Below, piece by piece: positions 20,501-29,892 of a stretch of DNA of 64,000 bases; position 1 is the stretch's first letter; every line of letters starts with the position of its first letter. This stretch comes from Candidatus Caccomonas pullistercoris (GTDB lineage Bacteria > Bacteroidota > Bacteroidia > Bacteroidales > Bacteroidaceae). Position numbers and translations under genes: made by a program. Below the pieces are notes generated by a model. It was not told where the DNA came from and did not search any database. It saw only the letters and a list, made by a program, of their open reading frames with translations. The stretch covers positions 388 to 64,387 of the forward strand of contig DVNY01000176.1 of assembly GCA_018714085.1 (NCBI GenBank). The letters run 5' to 3'.

Positions 20501-20606
20501 TTTCTTAGAAGCTTCTGACTGCGTCGGCAAAACGAAACCTTTCGTAACGTGGAACAACGGAGACGAGGCTGCACGTTTCGTGAAGAAGTACCGCATTAGA
20601 AAATAA
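17517..20606 (+). CDS. Multi-fasciclin (FAS1) domain surface lipoprotein
   Basis: Lipoprotein signal ...TYSC-SDDYD; four FAS1 H1-like motifs (TLFVADDQAF, AMFVPNNEAM, SFFIPSDESL, TVYLPTNAAM) and H2-like motifs (NGYFNVLDRV, NGVVYVMNQV, NGMTYILDRP); start may be 17511. Confidence 0.85.
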   Translation: MKNRLCKMGQTLLGAACLLTTCGLTYSCSDDYDLPDTTPDFLGASIYDELKNRGNFTTMVRLIDDLGQRDVLSKTGSKTLFVADDQAFAAFFANPIWTTGTGEPVKSYEQLSSAQKRLLFNGCMLDNAYLLEMMPNLGGTGGITKNTCLRQVTSAANTDSISLMNSLDLPRSYNTTERDYWARYNNLPGFKMWLATDNTTPMMTHFMLAQMNMTGITTDDVSFILGLPDSLKWNEGARRNYIYNAQVLSGRDEQDRYQSDVTCLNGYFNVLDRVMLTPSNMAEEIRKNPETSYFSHMLDRFSAPYPDMSLTTAFRALNANVGEGDTVFVKRYISMSSQGAELRTDPDGNTVNDADGVLSYDPGWNLYRAENSSAETDMAAMFVPNNEAMYHFFHEGQGRPFIERYSSMDLLETGNPEDFLRAIDQIPKNRVQPLVNNLMKASFNASVPSKFRTIMNDARDPMFSAFTPETYRELIDTCMLANNGVVYVMNQVVAPATYASVAGPALLSDQSQIINAVITADDNNITSSSYQGAPLKQYFSTYLKAMQSHFSFFIPSDESLGTYGYVDPAAYPLPNSRRYWRFFYDDVTSDAVIPIRAVAYTFDATTGQTENDAAIARAESAANDDLSSKNAQAANGTGGFGATKRNLLIEMVNQHIVVHSGSQAEDGINGDANYYLSRSGSPIHVISKGEYPVVEGGLQRMLNSSSDYTGEKLQCNVIETFDQTGRGEDGSDGYGNGMTYILDRPIQSTMQNTYSAISANSNYSDFLQEAFNIYDADMLRMAGIVDSVDEDDQENELNKYRIFEQNELSEQVVAFFNNFRYTVYLPTNAAMAQAREEGLPTYADISDFVTNNCDPAIVTDSLTLVTNKTKAKAMITCLVNFLKYHFMDESVFFDSGSNLEAANYETSCINSDANIYLKIKVSQNASEGMVITDNRGVKHGVNPSMANLFTRDNKDIQGPAPSTVNRYPKYVGSTSYAVLHELADTGNENDKGFLYFLEASDCVGKTKPFVTWNNGDEAARFVKKYRIRK

Positions 20607-20617
20607 CATTTAATATC

Positions 20618-23600
20618 ATGAATAACATAAAGTATCTATTGACTCTGGTCTTGTGCTTCTGCTTTACGGCAGTGATGGCACAACGACGAATTTCAGGTCA
20701 CGTCTGGAACAAGGCAGACGGTCCTGTGATTATGGCGAATGTGGTAGAGTTGGATAAGGATAACCGTATCGTTTCGGCTACACAGACGGACGCAAGCGGT
20801 AACTTCTCCATGACTATCAAGAATCCGGCCAACAGGCTGAGAGTCACGTATATCGGTTACGGACCCCGCGAGTTGCCGATTGGCGGAACGTCCGTGTTCC
20901 GTATCGAGATGCAGACAAAAGCCATCAAGGAGGTCGTGATTAAAGGTACGCGCCGCGTGACGTCTAATGGCTTCTCCATCCCCGCCCGCGAGATCTCCGT
21001 GGCCCAACAGTCGTTGAACATGGACGAAATGGAGGGCCTCTCATTCGAAACTGCCGGTGAAGCGCTCCAAGGACAGATCGCAGGTCTTGACATTGTGGCC
21101 AACTCTGGTAACCTGGGTGCCGGTACGAGCATGCGTCTGCGTGGTGTATCTTCTATTAATGGTAATCAGGAACCTTTGATCGTTGTCGATGGTTATATCC
21201 TTGAAGACTACAATGCCGACGAACTCGACCTCAACGACATGGAAAATGAGGAACAGTTCGCCACCCTTTTGCAGGTGAACCCCGAGGATATCCAGAGCAT
21301 CGGCGTATTGAAAGACGCCGCCGCGACCGCAATCTGGGGTTCGCGTGGTGCCAACGGTGTAATCGAAATCAAGACACGCCGTGGACGTCGTGGTAAGACC
21401 CGCGTGAATTTCTCTTACCGCTTCTCCGGTTCTTGGCAGCCCGAAGGCATGAAGATGCTCGACGGTGATGGCTACACGATGATGCTGAAAGAGGCCTACT
21501 TCAACCCGAACCAGAGCGACGTGGCATCCGGTATCGTCGAGTTGATGTATCGCCCGGACTACACAGCCTATTATGGCAACTTTAACAACAACACCGACTG
21601 GATTGATGAAGTGACGCAGTTTGGACAGACTCACAACTACGGTATTTCAATCGACGGTGGTGGTGAGAAAGCTACGTTCCGCGTGTCGGCCAGCTACGAC
21701 CACGAGACAGGTACCATCATTGAGCAGCAGTTGGATCGTTTTACCTCGCGTTTGGCTTTGGACTACTACGTGTCCGACCGTATCAAATTCTCGTCTAACT
21801 TCGCTTTGACCTATACGAAGAACAACAAGAATTTTGAGGAAGGCCGTACGAGTATCTTGTCGCGCGCCTACCAGGCTATGCCGAACATGACGGTCTATCG
21901 TCAGGAATATGACGCACGCACCGGTACGTACAATATGACGGACGATTATTTCCAGATGTTCCCTGCCGCTGGTGCCGCAGGCTTGGTTTCGCCGACATCT
22001 GGTCAGTCTTCTTACTATCTCCGCGACATGGTGAGCAACGGCAACCCCGTGGCTTGGGCTCGTTTGGCTTGGCGTCATCAGTCGACCTATACCATCACTC
22101 CGCAGTTCTCTATCGAGTATAAACTGTTGGGTAAGGGTGAGGAAGAAACCCAGTTGAACTACCAGGGCGAAGTGTATATGAACTCATATACCGAAACTTC
22201 GAATACGTATAAACCTGGTGCGTTGACTTCTGGTACATGGGAAGACCAAATCAATACGACGACCAACTATGAATATAAGTCGCTCGATTTCCGCACGAAG
22301 CACACATTATTCTATATACCTTGGTTCGACAACACGGATCATAGTTTGCAGATGATGGCCCGTTTCGAGATGGGTACGAGCACCAACACCGGACAGACCA
22401 TCGGTTCGAGCGGTGTGGTTGGTGGCATCACGGACCCGAACGTAAATGCTTATCTGAATTCTCTTTCGACTACAACGGGCAAGGGACACACGATGAGTGT
22501 GACGGGTTCTTTCCACTATGCTTACAAATCGAAGTACATCTTCGACTTCACAATCCGTGGCGACGGTAGCACGAAGTTCGGCGCCGGCAACAAGTGGGGT
22601 TTCTTCCCCGGTGTCTCCGGTCGTTGGAACATCAGTGACGAAGCCTTCTTCCGTCCTTTGCGTAAAGCTATCTCCATGTTGGCTGTCCGCGGTGGCTGGG
22701 GCGTCGGCGGTAACGCGTCGTTCAGCGAAGGTTTGATGTATAATAATTATGGTAGCATCGGTTCTTACCTTTCGAGCAACGCCATCGCTCCGAGCAACCT
22801 CCGTCTGACTGAAATCCGTTGGGAGAAGACGAAGTCTTGGAACTTGGGTTTCAACTTGGGTATCCTCGATGACCTCTTGTCGTTCGACTTGAACATCTAT
22901 GACCGCCGTACAACCGACCTCCTGATGCAGAATGTCGGGATTCCCTCTTCTACCGGTTTCTCCAAATTGCAGTGGGCTAACGTTGGTTCGTTGAAGAACA
23001 ATGGTTGGGAGTTGTATGTCAACACCCGTCGCCTCTTCAATGTAGGTAAGTTCTCCATGGTTGTACGTTTCAACTTGGCGCAGAACATCAACCGTATCAC
23101 CTCGATGGAACCGACCGTTTTGGCCAGCATGAACCCTGAGTTCGATCACGCTGGTGCGAATGAGAACTGGGTAAGCCGCGTACAGATCGGTAACGCGCTC
23201 GGTGGTATCTATGGTTTCCGCTACAAGGGCGTTTACCGTTATGACTATGACCACAGTGGTTACTTCCGTGACCAGGACGACAACGACATGTATGGTACGA
23301 TGGAAGAATGGTTGAAAGACCCGACGTTGGCTCCGCCGACGGCAGCCATCGCCGAAGCAGTCGGCCAAGTGGCTACGACCCCTGTCGCACGTGATGCACA
23401 AGGTAACATCATCTACGACCAGAACGGTGACCCGAAGCACATGATGTATAACTACGGTGGAGTTGAATATGCGTTCCAAGGTGGTGATGCCATCTACGAA
23501 GATATCAACCACGATGGTCAGATCGACGAACTCGACGTTGTTTACTTGGGTAGCTCTAACCCGAAAATCAATGGTGGTTTCGGCTTCGACTTCAACTATG

Positions 23601-24064
23601 GTAAGTGGACTTTGAAGACGAACTTTAACTTCCGCGTGGGTAACAAGATTGTCAACTTGGCCCGCATGCGTGCAGAAGATATGCGTACGAACAAGAACCA
23701 AAGCACAGCAGTGAACTGGCGTTGGCGTAAGAACGGTGACATCACCGAAATTCCTCGTGCCATGAACGCCGAAGCGGCCGGTAGTAAGGTCTACAACTCT
23801 CTCCCCAGCGACCGTTACGTGGAGAAAGGTGACTTCGTCCGCCTGCAGTACTTGCAGCTTTCATACAGCTTCGACGCTGATAAGCTGAAGCGTTTCGGCA
23901 TCCGCTCGCTCCGTCTGGCAGCCTCCGGTAACAACCTCTGGTTCTGGACACGTTATCATGGCGTCGATCCCGAGCACTCGCAGTCTGGCTATGCCCCCTG
24001 TATCGACAGTTCGCAGACTCCGCGCTCGCGTTCGTTCACGTTAAGTTTGAATTTAGGTTTCTAA
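20618..24064 (+). CDS. susC: SusC/RagA TonB-dependent transporter
   Basis: PLIVVDG, NPEDIQSIGVLKDAAATAIWGSRGANGVIEIKT plug signature, WEKT, C-terminal F. Confidence 0.96.
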   Translation: MNNIKYLLTLVLCFCFTAVMAQRRISGHVWNKADGPVIMANVVELDKDNRIVSATQTDASGNFSMTIKNPANRLRVTYIGYGPRELPIGGTSVFRIEMQTKAIKEVVIKGTRRVTSNGFSIPAREISVAQQSLNMDEMEGLSFETAGEALQGQIAGLDIVANSGNLGAGTSMRLRGVSSINGNQEPLIVVDGYILEDYNADELDLNDMENEEQFATLLQVNPEDIQSIGVLKDAAATAIWGSRGANGVIEIKTRRGRRGKTRVNFSYRFSGSWQPEGMKMLDGDGYTMMLKEAYFNPNQSDVASGIVELMYRPDYTAYYGNFNNNTDWIDEVTQFGQTHNYGISIDGGGEKATFRVSASYDHETGTIIEQQLDRFTSRLALDYYVSDRIKFSSNFALTYTKNNKNFEEGRTSILSRAYQAMPNMTVYRQEYDARTGTYNMTDDYFQMFPAAGAAGLVSPTSGQSSYYLRDMVSNGNPVAWARLAWRHQSTYTITPQFSIEYKLLGKGEEETQLNYQGEVYMNSYTETSNTYKPGALTSGTWEDQINTTTNYEYKSLDFRTKHTLFYIPWFDNTDHSLQMMARFEMGTSTNTGQTIGSSGVVGGITDPNVNAYLNSLSTTTGKGHTMSVTGSFHYAYKSKYIFDFTIRGDGSTKFGAGNKWGFFPGVSGRWNISDEAFFRPLRKAISMLAVRGGWGVGGNASFSEGLMYNNYGSIGSYLSSNAIAPSNLRLTEIRWEKTKSWNLGFNLGILDDLLSFDLNIYDRRTTDLLMQNVGIPSSTGFSKLQWANVGSLKNNGWELYVNTRRLFNVGKFSMVVRFNLAQNINRITSMEPTVLASMNPEFDHAGANENWVSRVQIGNALGGIYGFRYKGVYRYDYDHSGYFRDQDDNDMYGTMEEWLKDPTLAPPTAAIAEAVGQVATTPVARDAQGNIIYDQNGDPKHMMYNYGGVEYAFQGGDAIYEDINHDGQIDELDVVYLGSSNPKINGGFGFDFNYGKWTLKTNFNFRVGNKIVNLARMRAEDMRTNKNQSTAVNWRWRKNGDITEIPRAMNAEAAGSKVYNSLPSDRYVEKGDFVRLQYLQLSYSFDADKLKRFGIRSLRLAASGNNLWFWTRYHGVDPEHSQSGYAPCIDSSQTPRSRSFTLSLNLGF

Positions 24065-24081
24065 GAAATCGAGAATTAAGT

Positions 24082-25908
24082 ATGAAAACGAATAAGATAT
24101 TGACATTGGTAGCTGGTGGCTGTCTTCTTCTTGGGGGCTTGTCCTCTTGCGAAGATTTCTTGACGCTCTATCCGACAAACTCCATCACAGAAGAGGAGTT
24201 CTGGGAGGACAAGGGCGACTTGGAGAACGCCATGATGGCTTGCTATAAGCAGATGACCAACGGAGATTTGGTCAGCAAAGTGCTGCTCTGGGGTGAGGCC
24301 CGCTCCGACAATGCTGTGTTGAAAAACATGAGCAATGCCAGTTTCGTGAATTACAAGGATGCCATCCTTGAATATACGGAAGGCATGTTCAGCTGGGCAC
24401 CGTTCTATACAGCCATCAACTATTGCAACAAGGTGATTGAATACACTCCGTTGGTGGCAGAGCGCGACCTCAGCTTGTCCGAGGGCGAGCAGATGCAGTA
24501 TATTACTGAGGCCAAGACGCTGCGCGCTTTGAACTATTTCTATCTCGTGCGTGCTTTCCGCGATGTACCTCTGGTAATGCAATCGATCAGCACCGATGCT
24601 GAGGCGATGAATAGCCAGTTGCCCCAGACGCCGGGCTTGAATGTGCTCGACTCTCTTATTGCCGACCTTGATACGATTAAAGACCTTGGTGTGCGTCGCC
24701 ATGGAACGGCAGCTGAGAACTGTGGTCGTGTCACGCGTAACGCTACTTACACCTTGTTGGCCGACATGTATCTTTGGCGTGCTTGCATGTTGAAGGATGC
24801 TGAGGCCAAAGGATATACTTTCAATCCTTCGAGCCGCTCGAACACGGAGGCTACGGCTGCCGCGCAGAGCACTGCTGACTTGAACAAGGCCATCGAGTAT
24901 TGCGACGTGGTGATCCAGGCAATGCGTGATGAGTATAACGAAGAGCACAATAACAATTTCGGCAGTAACCAGAACCAGACAGAGCAGGAAAGCCGTTATC
25001 CGTTGATTCGCATTTCGAACAATTATACCCGTACGGACGAAATTTTCAATGCCATCTTTGGTTCGAAGAATTCTTCCGAAGGTATCTTGGAAATCCAGTA
25101 CGACGGAACGAACAACGTGAATGGTACATGGTGTTCATACTTGACGAGCAATACGACAACCGGTCTCGTCGGTCAGTACTTTACGATTAACTCGAAGATG
25201 TACGGTTCTGTATCGTCAAGTGCAGATCCTACCGGTGGTGTTGGTTTCGGAAAAGGTGACCTCCGTGCTTTGTGGAGTGGTGAGATTACCCCGACGACTT
25301 CTCAGATCGAGTATCTGTATACGAAGGGTTCACGTTCAAACATTACGTTGAACACCATGAGTGATGTTTCGCAAGGTGTGGCAACTTCGACCGACAGACC
25401 AAATGCAAGTAACGCAGCAAACTGGATCATCTATCGTTTGAGTGACGTGATGTTGATCAAGGCCGAGGCATTGGCTCGTTTGGGCGCTACTGGCGATGAC
25501 CTCCGCGAAGGATACTGGCTTGTCAATGCGCTCTATCAGCGTGCCAATCCAAAGGTTAGCCTAAATGGAGATATTCCCGCTGATGATGGAAAAGAAAACA
25601 TGACGAGCACACGTTTCGACGATAATTATTATAATCTTAATGGTCGAATTGATCTTCTGACGTTGGTTTATCAAGAGCGTCAGCGCGAGTTCTTGGGCGA
25701 ATACAAGCGTTGGTTCGATTTGGTTCGTTATGCCGAGGCTGAGAATGATACGGAAGGCGCATTGAACCTCATGGGAGCCTCCCGCGCTATCCAGACCCGT
25801 TTGCGTTCTCTGAACTCATTCTACAACCCCGTCTTCGAAGATGAGATGAAGGTTAATCCTAACTTGGTTCAGAATCCGGCATGGAATACGGGCGTGAACA
25901 TCAATTAA
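24082..25908 (+). CDS. susD: SusD/RagB nutrient-binding lipoprotein
   Basis: LSSC-EDFL lipobox, EAKTLRALNYFYLVRAFRDVP, YRLSDVMLIKAEA, ERQREFLGEYKRWFDLVR, QNPAW. Confidence 0.95.
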   Translation: MKTNKILTLVAGGCLLLGGLSSCEDFLTLYPTNSITEEEFWEDKGDLENAMMACYKQMTNGDLVSKVLLWGEARSDNAVLKNMSNASFVNYKDAILEYTEGMFSWAPFYTAINYCNKVIEYTPLVAERDLSLSEGEQMQYITEAKTLRALNYFYLVRAFRDVPLVMQSISTDAEAMNSQLPQTPGLNVLDSLIADLDTIKDLGVRRHGTAAENCGRVTRNATYTLLADMYLWRACMLKDAEAKGYTFNPSSRSNTEATAAAQSTADLNKAIEYCDVVIQAMRDEYNEEHNNNFGSNQNQTEQESRYPLIRISNNYTRTDEIFNAIFGSKNSSEGILEIQYDGTNNVNGTWCSYLTSNTTTGLVGQYFTINSKMYGSVSSSADPTGGVGFGKGDLRALWSGEITPTTSQIEYLYTKGSRSNITLNTMSDVSQGVATSTDRPNASNAANWIIYRLSDVMLIKAEALARLGATGDDLREGYWLVNALYQRANPKVSLNGDIPADDGKENMTSTRFDDNYYNLNGRIDLLTLVYQERQREFLGEYKRWFDLVRYAEAENDTEGALNLMGASRAIQTRLRSLNSFYNPVFEDEMKVNPNLVQNPAWNTGVNIN

Positions 25909-25922
25909 TAAAACAAAGGAAG

Positions 25923-28073
25923 ATGAAAACGAAAAGAACATATCACTTATTGCTGTCTGTCTTCACTTTCCCGCTCTTAATCGGAAGTGTGCTGCTGGGA
26001 TTTTCCAGTTGTAAGGACGAGATAGACGCTTCCAATTTGGTGACGAAAACGGAGGCCACTATTGGTGATTACCTTGATTCTGTGGCTGCCTATTCTGATT
26101 ATATGGAAATCCTGAGCGTGGTGCGTACAGGTGAGGGTAGCAATACGTCTTCGCTTGCAAGTATGTTGTCCGCTTATGGAAACTACACTTGCTTCGCGCC
26201 CAACAACGAAGCCATCCGCAAGTATGTCTTGCAGGTGACTGACAGCGTGACGGACGATTGGCGTGTGCTTTATGATACTGACTCGGTGGCCATCATCGAC
26301 TTGGCAAAGAACAGCATCATCGACAATGGCGACGCCCGTGCCTATTCAATTGCCGATTTCCCAACCGACGGTGGCGCATTCGGTTTGCCTAACTTGAATG
26401 ACCGTATGTTGACCTGCCTCTTGGACTCTACGGGTAGCTATGTCATCAACGGTATGGCAAGTGTTGACCGCCTTGATGTTCAGCTCGGCAATGGTTACGT
26501 GCAAGGTGTGAACACTGTAATTACCCTGTCGACGAGTAGTGTATTCGACTTGATTGCAGCAGCACCCAACATGAAAGTGATGGCTACGCTGTTGCGCGAG
26601 ACTGGCTGGGCGGACTCGCTGATTCGCTTCCGCAACGATGAGAACTATTCTACTGACGGATATCCCGAGACCGAGCGCTATCAATCTGATATTCAAACTG
26701 GTCTCCCGATTGCTCAGCACCGTTATTATGGATTCACCGGTTTCGTCGAGACTGACGACGTCTATGAGCGTGAGTTGGGCGTTACGCTTCAAGCTGACCT
26801 TGCAGGAAACATCTCAAATTTTGACGTTGTGTTGGACAAACTCCGTGAGAAGTGCCAAGACGCTTATGGAACGGCTGACGCTGATGATCTGACCAGTCCG
26901 GACAATGCCATTAACCGTTTCGTGGCCTATCACTTCCTCGATGGTTCGATCACCTACAATCGTCTTGTGCACCATTGCAATGAGTTCGGTTATGAGCCGG
27001 GTACCGATTTGGGTAATCCGCAGTTGACCAACCTCAGCGTGGACGTTTGGGATTTCTATACGACAATGGGTAAGTATCGCCGTCTCATAAAAGTTTTGCA
27101 GGACGCAGAGGAGACGGAACATCCTATCTACCTGAACAGATATCGTGAATACAACAACGGCCGTAGCGGGAACTACCGTCATGCCACTCCCGAGCCCGAG
27201 GTGCGTGGTGCCATGGTTTATGCCCAGAACGTATATACGGACGAGACAGGTGTGCAACAGACTCTCGAAAACAATGCTGAGAACGGTTATTACTACCCGA
27301 TCGACGATCTTCTTATCTATGATTCCGAAGTATCTACGAACGTGCTTAACGACCGTCTCCGTTTTGATATAACGACGATTTTGCCTGAACTTTGGTCTGC
27401 CAACATCCGCGGTGCAGCCGGTTCGTTCTTCACGCGTGATTATTTCAAGAACATCGTGAATGTTTCCGACGAGTCCAACATCTTCTATCTGATGTCTGGT
27501 GTATCAGGTGGTGGTAGTGGCCGTCCTTGGTCTGACTATCAAGGTGATGAGCTTATCATCAATGGTGTCTATGACTTTACCATAAAACTCCCGCCTGTTC
27601 CCAGAGAGGACAGCTACGAACTTCGTTTTGCCCTCAACATGAACCCGCGTCGTGGAATGGCTCAGATTTATTTCGGTGAGGATCCCTATGAAATGCAGCC
27701 GACCGGCCTGCCGCTCGACCTGCGTATCATGAACACCGATAATATGAACCTCCCGTCCTTGGATATTTTTGCCATCTATCCTTGGGAGAACGATGTGGAA
27801 GACGATCAGACCAATTTGACGACCGAGCGTAACCTTCGCAACCAAGGTTATATGAAGGCGCCGAACTACTTCTGGTCTGGTAATAACCAGATAGTACGTG
27901 CCATCCCGGGTGCAAGCCGTCGTATCATCACGACGCAGCGAATGGAGCCTGACAAGAACTACTACATCCGCTTCAAGTCAGCCTTGGAAGACCCGATGGG
28001 TCAGTTCGTTGTTGACTACATTGAAATTACTCCGACCTGGATGGTGAACCAGAACGAGGAAGACATTTGGTAA
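25923..28073 (+). CDS. Fasciclin domain surface lipoprotein
   Basis: FSSC-KDEID lipobox; YTCFAPNNEAI/NGYVQGVNTVI and FTGFVETD/NGYYYPIDDLL; C-terminal beta-sandwich-like region. Confidence 0.85.
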   Translation: MKTKRTYHLLLSVFTFPLLIGSVLLGFSSCKDEIDASNLVTKTEATIGDYLDSVAAYSDYMEILSVVRTGEGSNTSSLASMLSAYGNYTCFAPNNEAIRKYVLQVTDSVTDDWRVLYDTDSVAIIDLAKNSIIDNGDARAYSIADFPTDGGAFGLPNLNDRMLTCLLDSTGSYVINGMASVDRLDVQLGNGYVQGVNTVITLSTSSVFDLIAAAPNMKVMATLLRETGWADSLIRFRNDENYSTDGYPETERYQSDIQTGLPIAQHRYYGFTGFVETDDVYERELGVTLQADLAGNISNFDVVLDKLREKCQDAYGTADADDLTSPDNAINRFVAYHFLDGSITYNRLVHHCNEFGYEPGTDLGNPQLTNLSVDVWDFYTTMGKYRRLIKVLQDAEETEHPIYLNRYREYNNGRSGNYRHATPEPEVRGAMVYAQNVYTDETGVQQTLENNAENGYYYPIDDLLIYDSEVSTNVLNDRLRFDITTILPELWSANIRGAAGSFFTRDYFKNIVNVSDESNIFYLMSGVSGGGSGRPWSDYQGDELIINGVYDFTIKLPPVPREDSYELRFALNMNPRRGMAQIYFGEDPYEMQPTGLPLDLRIMNTDNMNLPSLDIFAIYPWENDVEDDQTNLTTERNLRNQGYMKAPNYFWSGNNQIVRAIPGASRRIITTQRMEPDKNYYIRFKSALEDPMGQFVVDYIEITPTWMVNQNEEDIW

Positions 28074-28099
28074 ACAAACATAGAAATACATAAGTAACT

Positions 28100-29863
28100 A
28101 TGAACCGAAATAAAAGTAGCAAAATATGGGGCATGATGCTGTCTGCTGCACTTGTGCTGAGCGGGACGGTAGCATGTAGCGATGACCATTTCGATGTGGT
28201 TGTCACCGAAAGCGCTTCGGCTTCTATTTGGGAGAACATGGAGGCGCAGTCGGACCTGTCCAATTTTGTTGAGATACTTGAGAACACGCAAGTCATGCGC
28301 ACTGATAATGACCAGAATGCGACGATCAGTTATGCGCAGTTGCTTTCGTCGAGCCAGAACTTCACGGTTTGGGCTCCTGTTGATGGCAGCTATGACGCCC
28401 AGCGTTATCTTGATATCCTCAAAGAGGCAAAGGACGTAAAGAATACGGATCCCGCCCGTTTCCGCGAGTTGAACCGTGAGGTGGAAGTACAGTTCGTGCG
28501 TAACCACATCGCCCGCTCCAATTATGAAGCCACTGCGGCTCCCCAGACGGTGCGTTTGATGAACGACAAACGGTGTGAATACACGGTCGGGGACTCTTTC
28601 AACGGGGTGAAACTTAGCGGAAACGTAATTCCTGCCAGCAATGGTATGTTGCATAAGTTGTCTGCCGTTTCTCCTTTCGCATTCAATATCTTCGACTATC
28701 TTGCCGAAAATCCTGATTGGAGTGCAATAAACGAGTACATACACTCACAAGATACATTGATTTTCGACGAGACTTCGAGTATCGAAGGAACGATTATCGA
28801 TGGTGAGATGGTATATGTCGACTCTGTCTTCAATGAACGGACGCCGCTCATGAGCTATCTTGGTTCCGTTTCGAGCGAGGACAGTATGTATGTAGGTGTT
28901 CTGCCCACGAACGAGGCATGGAACAAGGCTTACGAGAAGTATAAGACCTATTACCAGTATGGGGAATCCTACGATCATGAATTCAATAGCGAGACCGGAC
29001 GTTTTATCAATACCGGTTCGGCGGCTTATAAGGTGAATGCCGACTCTTTGCAGGAGGTGCGTACGAAAAATGCCATGCTTTCAGACTTGTTCTTCACGGC
29101 TACGCAATTCTCAACGATCGACTTGGCCGATTCCGCAAGTATTGTGAGCACCATTCTGAACGCCGATTCTTTGCAGTCGACAGGGTGGGATTATATCTAT
29201 AATCCGAATGCACCGGGCCGGAATCCCTATTTCGGCGCAGCCGACAACAAGCCTTTGAAGGCATCAAACGGCTACATCTTCACCGTAGATGATTTGGCCA
29301 TCGATGCGTCCAAGTCATGGCAGAATGAAATTAATGAGGAAGGCGAGAGCCTGTCATACATTTATATCTCCGGTGGTATGGGACTTTCTATGAGCCTGAC
29401 AGAAGCCACGCGCAACGATTCCATCACAGGTGTCGTACACGAGGAAAGCTATGGCCGCTATGAGCGTAGCGGTGTGGGCCAGATGTACGTAGAATTCTCA
29501 TTGTCCGGTGTGATGAGTGCCAAGTATGACATCTATGCTGTGATGCTGCCCTCTGAGATCAACCGTGACTACATTGGCGCGTTAGGTGAAGGCGTAAAAG
29601 AGCAGATCGTGTTCAACGCAGAACTTTACATGGACGATGATTCGCGAACCAGCCCGACGGCTGAGGTCGAGGGCCTGCAAGCCTCTTCTGATTCAGTCAC
29701 CCACGTGCTGTTGTTCAAGGATTTCAAATTCGAGAAATGCTACAACGGTCTCGAAGTGTCTTCTTTCCCCCGTTTGCGCCTGATTCTGCCGCGCGGAACG
29801 TATGACACCTGTCGTGCGCTGAACATCGACCGTATTTATTTGGTTCCGAAGGGAAATGATTAA
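28100..29863 (+). CDS. Fasciclin domain surface lipoprotein (putative glycan-binding protein)
   Basis: TVAC-SDDHFD lipobox; FTVWAPVD, ASNGMLHKL, VLPTNEAW, ASNGYIF. Confidence 0.82.
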   Translation: MNRNKSSKIWGMMLSAALVLSGTVACSDDHFDVVVTESASASIWENMEAQSDLSNFVEILENTQVMRTDNDQNATISYAQLLSSSQNFTVWAPVDGSYDAQRYLDILKEAKDVKNTDPARFRELNREVEVQFVRNHIARSNYEATAAPQTVRLMNDKRCEYTVGDSFNGVKLSGNVIPASNGMLHKLSAVSPFAFNIFDYLAENPDWSAINEYIHSQDTLIFDETSSIEGTIIDGEMVYVDSVFNERTPLMSYLGSVSSEDSMYVGVLPTNEAWNKAYEKYKTYYQYGESYDHEFNSETGRFINTGSAAYKVNADSLQEVRTKNAMLSDLFFTATQFSTIDLADSASIVSTILNADSLQSTGWDYIYNPNAPGRNPYFGAADNKPLKASNGYIFTVDDLAIDASKSWQNEINEEGESLSYIYISGGMGLSMSLTEATRNDSITGVVHEESYGRYERSGVGQMYVEFSLSGVMSAKYDIYAVMLPSEINRDYIGALGEGVKEQIVFNAELYMDDDSRTSPTAEVEGLQASSDSVTHVLLFKDFKFEKCYNGLEVSSFPRLRLILPRGTYDTCRALNIDRIYLVPKGND

Positions 29864-29892
29864 GGTTCTTGTTAACTAATAAACTACTGACG